From the NCBI GenBank assembly GCA_041912175.1, contig JAYRNN010000209.1, positions 1-55,375 on the forward strand: DNA of 55,375 nt, in the 5' to 3' direction. Positions 19,298 through 28,658 of the stretch are shown here, in pieces. The DNA is from Anaerolineales bacterium. GTDB taxonomy: Bacteria; Chloroflexota; Anaerolineae; Anaerolineales; UBA4823. The translations under genes and the position numbers were made by a program. Below the pieces are notes generated by a model. That model made no database searches, was not told the origin of the DNA, and saw nothing but the letters and a program-made list of their open reading frames with translations. Within the stretch, counting starts at the first letter, position 1, and every line of letters begins with the position of its first letter.

Positions 19298-19311
19298 CCC
19301 TATCTTGATTG

Positions 19312-19354
19312 ATAAATAGTTGAGAAGCCGTGAATCCGCTTCTCAACTATTTAT
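19312..19354. terminator. Bidirectional terminator hairpin between fhs and the convergent GNAT gene
   Basis: Perfect 17-bp inverted repeat ataaatagttgagaagc / gcttctcaactatttat with a 9-nt loop. The right arm overlaps the last codons and stop of the minus-strand GNAT gene. Confidence 0.7.
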
Positions 19355-19895
19355 TTAAGATCTCGATCCAATAGCGCGAAATTTGTTTACCAGATTCGGG
19401 GGAAATCGTGTAGCTTTCCAGGATACCGCCGTTTTTCTCGATGATACGCGCTGAGCCGATGTTATCGGTATCGCAGGTTACTAACACGCGCTGCAAACCC
19501 ATATTTCTTGCTTTATCGAGCGTTAAATCCAGGATGAGGGCGCCATAGCCGCGACGGCGCATGGATGGGCGGATGGCATACCCGATATGGCCGCCTTCAA
19601 TTTTTAATTCAGGGTTCAGATAATGGCGCAGACGGCTTTCACCGATGATGACCTTTCCATGCAGCGTCAACCAATAGCTGGTCATAGCCACCAATCCATC
19701 GGGAATATTAACATTTCTAGCCAGATTTGTTACTTTCTCCAGGTAATCCGGAAAACTTTCCTGCGCCAGTACATGAAAGCTGATCGTTTCGCCCTGGCGC
19801 TGGTATTCTTCGATCATCTCCAGATACTCAGTGCGCATCCCGGGCGTCGGCTCAATCAAGAATAGCTCCTGAAGTTGATTTGGTTCGATTGACAT
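19347..19895 (-). CDS. GNAT family N-acetyltransferase (COG3981-like)
   Basis: GGHIGYAIRPSMRRRGYGALILDLTLDKARNMGLQRVLVTCDTDNIGSARIIEKNGG is a GNAT acetyl-CoA-binding core. Start set at the ATG at 19895 (MSIEPNQ...), avoiding overlap with the upstream gene. Confidence 0.8.
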   Translation of the reverse strand: MSIEPNQLQELFLIEPTPGMRTEYLEMIEEYQRQGETISFHVLAQESFPDYLEKVTNLARNVNIPDGLVAMTSYWLTLHGKVIIGESRLRHYLNPELKIEGGHIGYAIRPSMRRRGYGALILDLTLDKARNMGLQRVLVTCDTDNIGSARIIEKNGGILESYTISPESGKQISRYWIEILNK

Positions 19896-19912
19896 AAGTA
19901 TGTCTTGAACAC

Positions 19913-20803
19913 TCAGGCTGCCGCGATATGCTCCGCGAGCAGCCCACGCGCGCGGTCGATAATGCATTCCAGCACTCCTACCGATTCGCAGGGTCCAGAG
20001 AAATCGGCTGGGGTTAGCGGTTTGCCGAACGAGACACGAGGGGATAATCCCAGGTCGCGTTGAACTACCATGAGCTGAACAATTTCAAAATATTCCGCAA
20101 CTTTTTGTTGGTTTCGTACGGTTTTTTGTCGGCGAGCAAAGATATTGTTCATGTATTTTGGAGCGATCACGCCGCTGATAATCGTAGGGAGGATCTGAGT
20201 TTCTGGAACTTTCCTCAGAAAAAGCTCCAGGCTGGGCGACCATTCGCCTAATGCCTGGTCAGCGCCCGGCATAAAGGATGGATCTGGGTCCACCAGGCCG
20301 GTCGGATATAACATGAGAACTCCACCGCTTTGTAGGTGTCGGATGGATTGGCGAACGGCGCCCATGCGCTCATGCATATCATCTCCGGTGGAAAAAATCA
20401 TGTGCCGTGAGCCCGCGGAAAGACCACGCGTGAAAGGTACATCGCTGATGATCAATTTGATATCATTACGTTGGAATTGCGCTAAAATCACCACGCCGTC
20501 GAAGGCGCCCGGATGATTGGATACCACCAATACAGGGCCGGTGGAAGGTATATTTTCAGCGCCATTCACCTCCACCTGGCTTGCAAAACGAGGCAATAGC
20601 CAGCGCATTGCTTCTGTAAGGCCATCTTGCTCGATATGGTCGTCTAAAGAGGCGACTAAACGTGCAAATCGTTGCGCAGGCGGCCAAAAAAACATGCGAA
20701 AGATTTTTTCCTGTAGACTGGCAGGCTTGATGCCTATTGCTTTAGAAGCCTCGCTGGTTATCGATTCTCTTAATTCGGCGACGCGGGTATCCGGTTCTCT
20801 CAT
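19913..20803 (-). CDS. Lysophospholipid/1-acyl-sn-glycerol-3-phosphate acyltransferase family protein (PlsC-like)
   Basis: HX4D acyltransferase motif in VVSNHPGAFDGVV, with the downstream blocks MLYPTG and FSTG typical of the PlsC superfamily. Confidence 0.7.
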   Translation of the reverse strand: MREPDTRVAELRESITSEASKAIGIKPASLQEKIFRMFFWPPAQRFARLVASLDDHIEQDGLTEAMRWLLPRFASQVEVNGAENIPSTGPVLVVSNHPGAFDGVVILAQFQRNDIKLIISDVPFTRGLSAGSRHMIFSTGDDMHERMGAVRQSIRHLQSGGVLMLYPTGLVDPDPSFMPGADQALGEWSPSLELFLRKVPETQILPTIISGVIAPKYMNNIFARRQKTVRNQQKVAEYFEIVQLMVVQRDLGLSPRVSFGKPLTPADFSGPCESVGVLECIIDRARGLLAEHIAAA

Positions 20804-20812
20804 GGAATTCTT

Positions 20813-21463
20813 CTACCTGGTGAGGTCATCGTTCATGCTTTGAATCAAATTACGGGTTAAGCCTGCCTGCTCCAATTCGCGATCTGTTTTTTCCAAAAGG
20901 CGATCACAGAAATCCTGGTATTCTTGTCTCATCGCATCACCAAATTGTGGATGTTGGATCAATGGTCTAAGTGTTCTCTCAGCCTCGGAGTATGCGCCGG
21001 CGACCTCATAAAAATTAAATAGTGAATAACTCGTTTCAAACGGGATATGGCAGGTCTTTACTGAAGCTGCAAAGACTTCGATCTTTTCCTTGAGGGCGAT
21101 TACTTCCTCGATGGGGCGACTGAGCGACGATTCCAGGGCCAGATTTAGCGCCCGCAGTTGCGGAAAACAAGCTTCGCCCGGGCGGTTTTGGGCTTTGAAG
21201 TTTTCACCTTGCTCGTGATACAGGTCAGCTATCAGCATTGTGCGATCATGATCCAATTCTTCCTGAACGCTGAGCAGATCCAGTAGACCGCGCTCATCTA
21301 ATCGAGTTAATAGATCGGCGCGTAACCCGGTCAGTTGTTCGAGGGCTTGTTGGACCGTTTGGTGTGCCTGGTCGTAATGCCCTTCTTTGCGCAAACCAAT
21401 TGCGCGTAAAAGCGCCGCGACTCCGAGGTTTATCATTCGCAAAATGTAATCTTCGGTTAGCAT
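20813..21463 (-). CDS. Hypothetical helical protein (TPR-like; DUF-type)
   Basis: Long ORF with consistent coding character and no recognised catalytic motif. All-helical, acidic sequence. Confidence 0.55.
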   Translation of the reverse strand: MLTEDYILRMINLGVAALLRAIGLRKEGHYDQAHQTVQQALEQLTGLRADLLTRLDERGLLDLLSVQEELDHDRTMLIADLYHEQGENFKAQNRPGEACFPQLRALNLALESSLSRPIEEVIALKEKIEVFAASVKTCHIPFETSYSLFNFYEVAGAYSEAERTLRPLIQHPQFGDAMRQEYQDFCDRLLEKTDRELEQAGLTRNLIQSMNDDLTR

Positions 21464-21536
21464 AAGCAGGCGCTCATTTCTCAGAGCTTACGATACTGGT
21501 ACATGGGGCGTTATCTCTGGCAAACTGATGCTGACA

Positions 21537-21767
21537 CTAAGACCAGCGAATAATGATTTGTTCTTTGTCGCCCAGGGCTTTACGAAGCAATTCAAGCAAA
21601 GGCGCATCAATACCTTGTTCTTCGAAATATGCCAAAGTCATTGCCTCGATGGCATAGTCTTGATCCTCTTGAGATTCTTCTTCGAGTTGATCTTTGATGA
21701 AATTGAGTTGCGCTTCGGTAATCAATCCGATTAATTCGCCGCTTTCGTTGTTATATAGGTTATACAT
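21537..21767 (-). CDS. Small acidic hypothetical protein (76 aa)
   Basis: MYNLYNNESGELIGLITEAQLNFIKDQLEEESQEDQDYAI... resembles a small conserved acidic family I recall from Chloroflexi, cyanobacteria and Deinococcus, of unknown function. Confidence 0.5.
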   Translation of the reverse strand: MYNLYNNESGELIGLITEAQLNFIKDQLEEESQEDQDYAIEAMTLAYFEEQGIDAPLLELLRKALGDKEQIIIRWS

Positions 21768-21830
21768 CGTTAATCTCCAATATCGAAAATAGTCAGATTA
21801 TCAAATGGGACCAATCTACCCACAGTCTGT

Positions 21831-22826
21831 TCAACGGGGTCCTCGATCGACGAAATCGCGGATAAATGAATATATAAATTTATGGGCAGTGCTGCGCCCT
21901 GACATCACATCCCAGATGCCCTTGGCCATCGGTAGGGTAAGGTGCATCTTCTCAGCAAAGTAAAGTACTGTTCGAAGCGTGTTATAACCTTCAGGGATAA
22001 CGCCCATCTCTTCCTTAATCTGTTCCAGCGTTAAGCCTTTTGCCAGAAGCTCACCCATGTGACGGTTATGGCTGTGCTCGCTGAGAGCCGTAGCAACCAA
22101 ATCGCCCATCCCAGCCAGATACATAAAGGTTTCCAGCTTGGCGCCCATACAAACCCCAAAACGCCCCATCTCTTCTAAAGCCAGGGTCAGGTAAACCGCG
22201 CGAAAATTGATACTGGTGATGCCTTCGCCATCAAACAAGCCAAGACCGGTGGCGTAAATATTCTTCAAAATGCCACCCAGTTCCACGCCCATTTCGTCGT
22301 CTGTGAAGCGCGTGCGCCAGTGATCGCTATCCATAATCCGCGAAACTTGGAGCAAGTCGTGGAAATTTTTTCCGGCCAAAACAACAACGGTTGGCATGCC
22401 TCTGGAAAATTCATTGGCAATCGCGGGACCCGAGAGCATGATCTTTGGGTTATCTGGGAAAATCTGTCCGACCGTCTGAAAAGCGGTTAATCCGGATTGG
22501 CGGTCAATCCCCTTGGCCATGTTGACCAAGATTATTTTAGGGTCGATCTGGCCGGTATAATTTCCCAGGGTGGATTGGATAAAGATCGAGGGTAAGGCGA
22601 TGAAAACGATGGAGCATTCTTGGAAGACGCGTTGGAGGTCGGTAGTCGCGGTTAGCCTTGAGTCGAGTTCAATATCAGCTAGATATCGTGTATTCGTGTG
22701 TTGCTGGTTGATTTCATCGGCTACTTGGGGATTATATTCCCAGCCCAGCACATCATGGCCGTTTTGGCTAATCAGGTTTCCAATTGCTGTACCTAAATTT
22801 CCCATTCCGATGATCCCAACGAGCAT
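21831..22826 (-). CDS. gpsA: NAD(P)H-dependent glycerol-3-phosphate dehydrogenase
   Basis: Rossmann motif VGIIGMGNLGTAIG, plus the blocks LSGPAIANEF, GVELGGILKNIYA and LAGMGDLVATALSEHSHNR, colinear with GpsA. Start at the ATG at 22826, preceded by GGAGG. Confidence 0.85.
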   Translation of the reverse strand: MLVGIIGMGNLGTAIGNLISQNGHDVLGWEYNPQVADEINQQHTNTRYLADIELDSRLTATTDLQRVFQECSIVFIALPSIFIQSTLGNYTGQIDPKIILVNMAKGIDRQSGLTAFQTVGQIFPDNPKIMLSGPAIANEFSRGMPTVVVLAGKNFHDLLQVSRIMDSDHWRTRFTDDEMGVELGGILKNIYATGLGLFDGEGITSINFRAVYLTLALEEMGRFGVCMGAKLETFMYLAGMGDLVATALSEHSHNRHMGELLAKGLTLEQIKEEMGVIPEGYNTLRTVLYFAEKMHLTLPMAKGIWDVMSGRSTAHKFIYSFIRDFVDRGPR

Positions 22827-22988
22827 GATCAACCTCCGTCTTTCTTGGTCTAAAATATTTTTTGGTTTGGCATGATTACAACGGAACCTGTTAAAGTGTA
22901 CCATAACCCTCTTTTATGATATAGTTGGTAGGACGTTTTGCCTAAATACAAAAATTCAGATGTTTTTTATCTGGAGGTTACCTGCCTG

Positions 22989-24710
22989 ATGGCACGTAAT
23001 GCAAAAACTCTGTTGCTTGGGGTCACAATTTTATTGTTAGCAGCGTGCGGCAGGAAGTCAGCTCCTACCCAAAGCGTTTATGCGACTGCGTACGCGTTGG
23101 TCACCCAAACTGCCATCGCACAGGCCAAACTTCCCACAAACACAATAACGAACACTCTGCCGGCTACGGTTAAGCCGTCGGATACGGCGACTCCATCTGC
23201 GTCCAACGAAATACTGGTTACAAGCGACGTCGTAGCTCCTTCCCCTACCTCGGCGCCCCAGGCTCCATTGGTAAATAACCCGACCTCCATCCCGACAGCC
23301 CAGCGAATCAACCCTACGACCTTTTCTACGCAAAGCCCCAGCGGAGAGCTGAGCAACAACTTATTTTCTTCGACAAATACGCCTACACCTACTAGAATCC
23401 CGACCGTTTCCAACCGGACGCCTACGATACCACCTCCAGACCAGGGCTTGATTGGCCTTTGGCAGCAGTATCCAACTGGGCAAACTTTCCGGTTCAATCC
23501 AGATGGAACTTATTTGTTGGGCGATTCTTTTCAGAACCTGGCCTCACAACCGCTTGAGGAAGGGCAGTTTGTTATACAGAACGAGCAAATAACTCTTACG
23601 GGGTCATCGAGTTCTGATTCATGCAAAGGTATGAGCGGATCGTACCAGATTCAAACCCCTTCTAGCGGTCAACGCCTGTTTATCCTGGTCCAAGATTTGT
23701 GCTTTGATCGTCTGAAATTGATGCCCGGTAAACCGTGGTACTGGTTGCCGTTGCAACCGGATGCTACCCCAGTTGCAACATCGGCCGCTGAGCGACCAGT
23801 GGTAGTTCTGCCTTTAACAGGTCCGCTTGCCGACTTAGACGCCAAAATAACTGGACTAACCTGGTATAACGACTATTTAATTTTCTTGCCCCAAAATCCA
23901 AACTTCGTGGGTGATAATAAATCCGATCTTTTTGCTGTACAACGTTCAGACATTATTGCCTTTATAAACGGTGTTACATCTGCACTGCCGCCTCCTCTGC
24001 CGGTGCCTTTCAATGATACCGGGTTGCCCAATTTACTACCAGGATTTCAGGGTTATCAAGCGATCGCCATTGCAGGTGAAAGAGTTTATCTAATTGCTCT
24101 CGCCGACCCCGGCTCTGGGCCACGAAGTTATCTGGTTGCAGGCAACATCGCCACTGAGCTGTCTGCAATCAACCTGGATGTGAGCAAAATTGTCGAAATT
24201 CCTGTTCCAGCCAGCGCCTTGAATCGAATCTACCGCGCCTTATTTATCACGAACGATAACATTTTGGCGCTGTCGGAGTTCAACGGCGCGGTCAATCCAT
24301 CCCCTGCTTCCCAGCGTTTTGACACTAGTTTAAATAAGCTGGAGAGTGTATCCTTATCTGGTAGTGAATATCGGTTGACAGATGCAACTGCGCCTGACGC
24401 AAACGGGCGCATTTGGGTATTGAATATTTTTGTCCCGGGCGATCCCGGAGCAACCACTGGCGTCGAGCCACTCGCACAACTCTATGGAAAGGGCGTGACT
24501 CACCAGGTATTCGATTATGTCGAACGTCTAATCCAATACCAGTTTTCATCTACCGGGATCACATTGACAGCAAGTCCACCAGTTCAACTTGAGCTATCCG
24601 CCCATGGACCGCGTAATTGGCAAGGGGTAGCCCGACTCGGAGACCAGGGTTTTCTGGTCGTTACAGACCAACAAACCGGAACGATTTTCGGATACATAAA
24701 TAATCCATAA
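22989..24710 (+). CDS. Secreted lipoprotein of unknown function (Pro/Thr/Ser-rich linker + C-terminal beta-propeller/phytase-like region)
   Basis: Start at the ATG at 22989, after GGAGG. Lipobox LLLAAC, then about 130 aa of low-complexity P/T/S linker, then globular domains without recognised catalytic motifs. Confidence 0.65.
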   Translation: MARNAKTLLLGVTILLLAACGRKSAPTQSVYATAYALVTQTAIAQAKLPTNTITNTLPATVKPSDTATPSASNEILVTSDVVAPSPTSAPQAPLVNNPTSIPTAQRINPTTFSTQSPSGELSNNLFSSTNTPTPTRIPTVSNRTPTIPPPDQGLIGLWQQYPTGQTFRFNPDGTYLLGDSFQNLASQPLEEGQFVIQNEQITLTGSSSSDSCKGMSGSYQIQTPSSGQRLFILVQDLCFDRLKLMPGKPWYWLPLQPDATPVATSAAERPVVVLPLTGPLADLDAKITGLTWYNDYLIFLPQNPNFVGDNKSDLFAVQRSDIIAFINGVTSALPPPLPVPFNDTGLPNLLPGFQGYQAIAIAGERVYLIALADPGSGPRSYLVAGNIATELSAINLDVSKIVEIPVPASALNRIYRALFITNDNILALSEFNGAVNPSPASQRFDTSLNKLESVSLSGSEYRLTDATAPDANGRIWVLNIFVPGDPGATTGVEPLAQLYGKGVTHQVFDYVERLIQYQFSSTGITLTASPPVQLELSAHGPRNWQGVARLGDQGFLVVTDQQTGTIFGYINNP

Positions 24711-24819
24711 AATTTTGTAGTGGAATGATGCGATTTACATTAATCTTGTATAATTATATATATTATTTCTGTCTAAATTTCCATTGGATCCGAACGTAGC
24801 AGCCAGGAGGAATGTTACA

Positions 24820-27800
24820 ATGAAGCGCAATTCAGTAATTCTCAACCTTTTAGTATTGCTGACCTTGCTGTTAACGGCTGCGACGGTAACCAGCGCCCAG
24901 ACGCCACCAACTAATCCTGTTCCACCTGGCATCAGAAAATATAGACTGGATTCGGCGCCATCAGTACAGAGGGCAGATCTTAAAATCAATCCTGCTCTTG
25001 TCCCTCTTCAAGGATCGGTGCGAGTGGTAATACGGTTGACTGCTCCTTCGGTAGCAGACATCGTTATCGATAACGACGCAGACCCGGCGGAACAGCGCGC
25101 CCAGCTCCGTTCGCTCAAAGTAACCCAGGATCGTTTCCTTAACCAAGTAAAAGCCATAGATCCGCAAATGGTATTCTTAGGCGCAGTCCAACGCGTAATG
25201 GACGCGGTGATCGTATCCGTGGATGTTTCCAACCTGCCGCAAATCGCAGCATTAGAAGCCGTTTCAAGGATTAATCCTATCAAAGATTACGAACTAGCCA
25301 GCCAGAACGAAGTTGTTCCCTATGTTGGTTCTCAAGCAGTTCAGGATAACGGATATAAGGGCCAGGGTATCAGGGTGGCTGTTCTTGATAGTGGCATTGA
25401 TTACACACACGCTAACCTGGGTGGCTCGGGTAGCGTGGGAGATTTCAATGCCAATAATCCAGACATTATCGAACCAGGCACTTTTCCAACCCGTAAAGTG
25501 ATCGGTGGATATGATTTTGTAGGTAGCAACTGGCCAAATACGGTTGAACAACCCGATCCAGATCCACTTGATAAGGGATCTGGATCCGGGCATGGTACGC
25601 ATGTGGCGGATATTATTGCCGGCATCACGGGTGTGGGCATGGCCCCTGAGGCCTTGCTTTATGCAGTTAAAGTCTGTTCGTCAGTCTCAACCTCATGTTC
25701 AGGCGTTGCCTTGATGCAAGCGATGGACTTTTCGCTTGACCCGAATGGTGATGGTCGTATCAATGACCACGTTGATATTATTAATATGTCGTTGGGTTCA
25801 AATTTCGGACAGCCTTACGACGATGATCTTTCGTATGCTGTTAACCAGGCGAGTGCTGTGGGCATTTTGACGGTTGCAGCCAGCGGCAATGCGAACGATA
25901 TCCCGTATATTACGAGCACACCGGCAGCCGCGCCGTCTGCTTTGTCCGTGGCGGCGATGGAGATGCCGTCTGCTTCTCTACAAATCTTGCAGTTGCTCAC
26001 CCCCGAATCCATTGCGGGGAATGTTTACGCAACCTATCAAACCTGGTCTACGCCTTTAACCAATGTAATCCAAGCGCCTGTGGTTTATGGAGGCTCAGTC
26101 AACGGTAATAATCTCGGCTGCAGCGCATTCCCGCCCGCTTCTTTGGCAGGTAAGATTGCTTTGGTAGATCGTGGTTCTTGCGCGATATCGATCAAGGTGA
26201 GCAATATGGCTGCCGCGGGAGCATTGGTGGGTGTTGTTGGTCTGGTTGCTCCTGGCGAACCAACGAATTTTTCTTACGGCGGCGGCACGCCATCTATCCC
26301 TGGCTATAATATTAGCCAGGCAGACGCGACGCGTATCAAAGACCAACTTAGCAATGCAGTTAATGTGACTGGACGCTTTGACCCAGCACTCGTAAGTCCA
26401 CTAACGCGTACACTGGCGGGTTATTCATCACGCGGCCCGGCTGGATTTGATAGTTATGTGAAGCCTGAAATTGCTGCCCCATGCTGCTCGGTTTCCGCAG
26501 AAACTGGCACAGGGATGGGTGAAACCGGGTTCTCAGGTACTTCTGGGGCCACGCCGGTAATATCTGGTGTGGCTGCTCAGATCAAGTCAAAATACCCATT
26601 CTTAAAACCCTTGGAGTTGAAGGCGCTTTTGGTGAATACGGCTGAAACGGACCTGTTTAACAAAGCGCTAGTCTTCGGCGGCGGCGCAGCTCCTATATCA
26701 CGGGTGGGCGGCGTCGAGGTGCGCGCAGCGAACGCAGCCTTATCACCAGCCTTGGCCTGGACTCGCACTGCGGAAAACCTGGTGAAAGATAACCCACGCG
26801 ATTATATGTCTCATCAGCCAATCCTATCGTTTAAGTTCCAGGATATTGATACGCTCTGGTCACAGTTTAAAAACGTACAAGTTCGTAATCTCACAGACCA
26901 GCCTGTAACTTATAATCTTAGCTCGAGTTTCCGTTTCGCAGATGATCAGGAGAACGGCGCTATTTCAATCGCCATACGACCGGCGCGTATTACTGTCCCA
27001 GCGCAAGGCTGGGGCGCCTTCCAGGTGGAAATGACGATCGACCCAGCCAGGCTGCGGGAATGGGCATTGAATAGCGGCAACAATGGTAACAACGGTTCCC
27101 TGCTGACGACACAAGAGTATGACGGTTACATATGGTTGGATAACGCAAACGATCCAGCGGATGATGGCAGCGCCAGCATGTTGCACCTCCCCTGGCATGT
27201 TCTACCGCGCCTATCGGGCAATGTAGTTTCCGATGTGACAAGTATAACCATCGATTCGAATACGGGCACTGGCGTCACCGGTCTGACGAATATTGGCGCA
27301 GGCCCAGGATACATGGATAGCTTCTCCTGGATCGCCACTAGTGGACAACTGCCGCCAGCCGCAATGGGCGCGATGGCTCCGGTGCTTGACCTGAAAGAAA
27401 TCGGCGTGGCGACCTATCCTGTGCCTGCCGACTTCTGCTCTGCCGATGAATCCTTTATCTTAGCGCTGGCGATCAACACTTGGAATCGCCAGACAATTTC
27501 AACGGCGCCGGGAGTATTTGATATCTTCCTCGATACAAACCAGGACGGCGCTCCTGAATATGAAGTGCTCAATTGGGATTCCGCCTTCCCAGGCGTTTCT
27601 ACAGGTCAAAACCTGTCCTGGGTGTTCGATCTGGCGACAGGCCGTGGCAGCGCCTATTTCTATACCAATCAGGGTACGAACAGCGGCAATACTATTTTGA
27701 TGTTGTGCGGCGAGCAAATCGGTATGAATGCAGCCAACTTCCATGCCATCGATGTCGAAATCTACAGTCTTGACATTTATTTCACTGGAAATGTGATCGA

Positions 27801-28023
27801 CTCTGTGACCGGCCTGACCTTAACCCCGTTTGGCGAACGCTATATCGGCCTTACCAACGATCTTGCTTCAGGCGCATCTGGATCACTGACTGTTTATGAC
27901 ACTGGCGCTGCAGGCAACCCGTCTGAAAAAGGCGTGTTACTCTTTCTGGATGCAGATCGCGGAAATGTGCGCGGTGGCGCTCCAATAGGCAACGAAGCTC
28001 TGCCGATACAAGTAATTCCATGA
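24820..28023 (+). CDS. Secreted S8 family subtilisin-like serine peptidase with PA-domain insertion and large C-terminal extension
   Basis: Signal peptide MKRNSVILNLLVLLTLLLTAATVTSAQ. Catalytic triad blocks VAVLDSGID (Asp), GHGTHVADIIAG (His) and GTSGATPVISGVAAQ (Ser). PA domain with GKIALVDRGSCAISIKVSN. Start at the ATG at 24820, after AGGAGG. Confidence 0.9.
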   Translation: MKRNSVILNLLVLLTLLLTAATVTSAQTPPTNPVPPGIRKYRLDSAPSVQRADLKINPALVPLQGSVRVVIRLTAPSVADIVIDNDADPAEQRAQLRSLKVTQDRFLNQVKAIDPQMVFLGAVQRVMDAVIVSVDVSNLPQIAALEAVSRINPIKDYELASQNEVVPYVGSQAVQDNGYKGQGIRVAVLDSGIDYTHANLGGSGSVGDFNANNPDIIEPGTFPTRKVIGGYDFVGSNWPNTVEQPDPDPLDKGSGSGHGTHVADIIAGITGVGMAPEALLYAVKVCSSVSTSCSGVALMQAMDFSLDPNGDGRINDHVDIINMSLGSNFGQPYDDDLSYAVNQASAVGILTVAASGNANDIPYITSTPAAAPSALSVAAMEMPSASLQILQLLTPESIAGNVYATYQTWSTPLTNVIQAPVVYGGSVNGNNLGCSAFPPASLAGKIALVDRGSCAISIKVSNMAAAGALVGVVGLVAPGEPTNFSYGGGTPSIPGYNISQADATRIKDQLSNAVNVTGRFDPALVSPLTRTLAGYSSRGPAGFDSYVKPEIAAPCCSVSAETGTGMGETGFSGTSGATPVISGVAAQIKSKYPFLKPLELKALLVNTAETDLFNKALVFGGGAAPISRVGGVEVRAANAALSPALAWTRTAENLVKDNPRDYMSHQPILSFKFQDIDTLWSQFKNVQVRNLTDQPVTYNLSSSFRFADDQENGAISIAIRPARITVPAQGWGAFQVEMTIDPARLREWALNSGNNGNNGSLLTTQEYDGYIWLDNANDPADDGSASMLHLPWHVLPRLSGNVVSDVTSITIDSNTGTGVTGLTNIGAGPGYMDSFSWIATSGQLPPAAMGAMAPVLDLKEIGVATYPVPADFCSADESFILALAINTWNRQTISTAPGVFDIFLDTNQDGAPEYEVLNWDSAFPGVSTGQNLSWVFDLATGRGSAYFYTNQGTNSGNTILMLCGEQIGMNAANFHAIDVEIYSLDIYFTGNVIDSVTGLTLTPFGERYIGLTNDLASGASGSLTVYDTGAAGNPSEKGVLLFLDADRGNVRGGAPIGNEALPIQVIP

Positions 28024-28658
28024 CTTGGTTAAGGAGATTGGTCCGAGGGGCAATATTAGGATTCCTATTCTTGTTCCTTGTTTTTCCTGAAGGTGCATCT
28101 GCGAACCTCGGAAAGGTTTTTCTACCCCTGCTCAATAATAACTATTCGTTTTCTCCGCCCGCGCCATCCGACCAGAAAATAGTTAACCCGGGTTTTGAGC
28201 AGGGTACTGTTGGCTGGACTTATTTTGTTGATGTCGGTAATCCGATATTGACTAAGACCCTGGCACACTCTGGCTACTGGTCGGCAGAGTTAGGCGCATA
28301 TTACGCCCCAAGTGACTCGGATCCGTTCGCCTATGTCCGGCGAGCTTATATCCAGCAAAAAATATATGTACCCCTTAACGGGTCGGTGTTAAAATATTGG
28401 GAATATATTGTTACCGATGAAACCGACTGTTTGACTAATTTTGGTGATTTTGTGACTGTCTATATCAATAATACAGCGATATTGAGGACCTCTATCTGTT
28501 CTCCATCTGGAGTGCAAACGATCCCGTGGAGGCCCAGTCAGATTGATCTCGATAGTTATGCAGGTAAATGGGTGTTTTTCCGTCTCGAATATACCAGCGA
28601 TAATACCCTGCCGAGTGATTATTATGTTGATGATTTTTCGTTTATTCCACAACCATAA
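28020..28658 (+). CDS. Secreted hypothetical protein with CBM4/9-like jelly-roll features
   Basis: ATGA overlap with the S8 peptidase stop. Has an N-terminal signal/anchor. NPGFEQGTVGWTYF and the C-terminal YYVDDFSFI resemble carbohydrate-binding-module-like beta-sandwich proteins. Confidence 0.6.
   Translation: MTWLRRLVRGAILGFLFLFLVFPEGASANLGKVFLPLLNNNYSFSPPAPSDQKIVNPGFEQGTVGWTYFVDVGNPILTKTLAHSGYWSAELGAYYAPSDSDPFAYVRRAYIQQKIYVPLNGSVLKYWEYIVTDETDCLTNFGDFVTVYINNTAILRTSICSPSGVQTIPWRPSQIDLDSYAGKWVFFRLEYTSDNTLPSDYYVDDFSFIPQP

Noticed and set aside
19347-20803. PlsC-like acyltransferase + GNAT pair as an OlsA/OlsB ornithine-lipid synthesis operon
   Set aside because: The GNAT (182 aa) matches the COG3981-type small acetyltransferase pattern (GGHIGY.IRPS.RR.GY...ITCD.DN..S..IIEKNGG) rather than the larger OlsB N-acyltransferase family. 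The adjacency alone is not sufficient.
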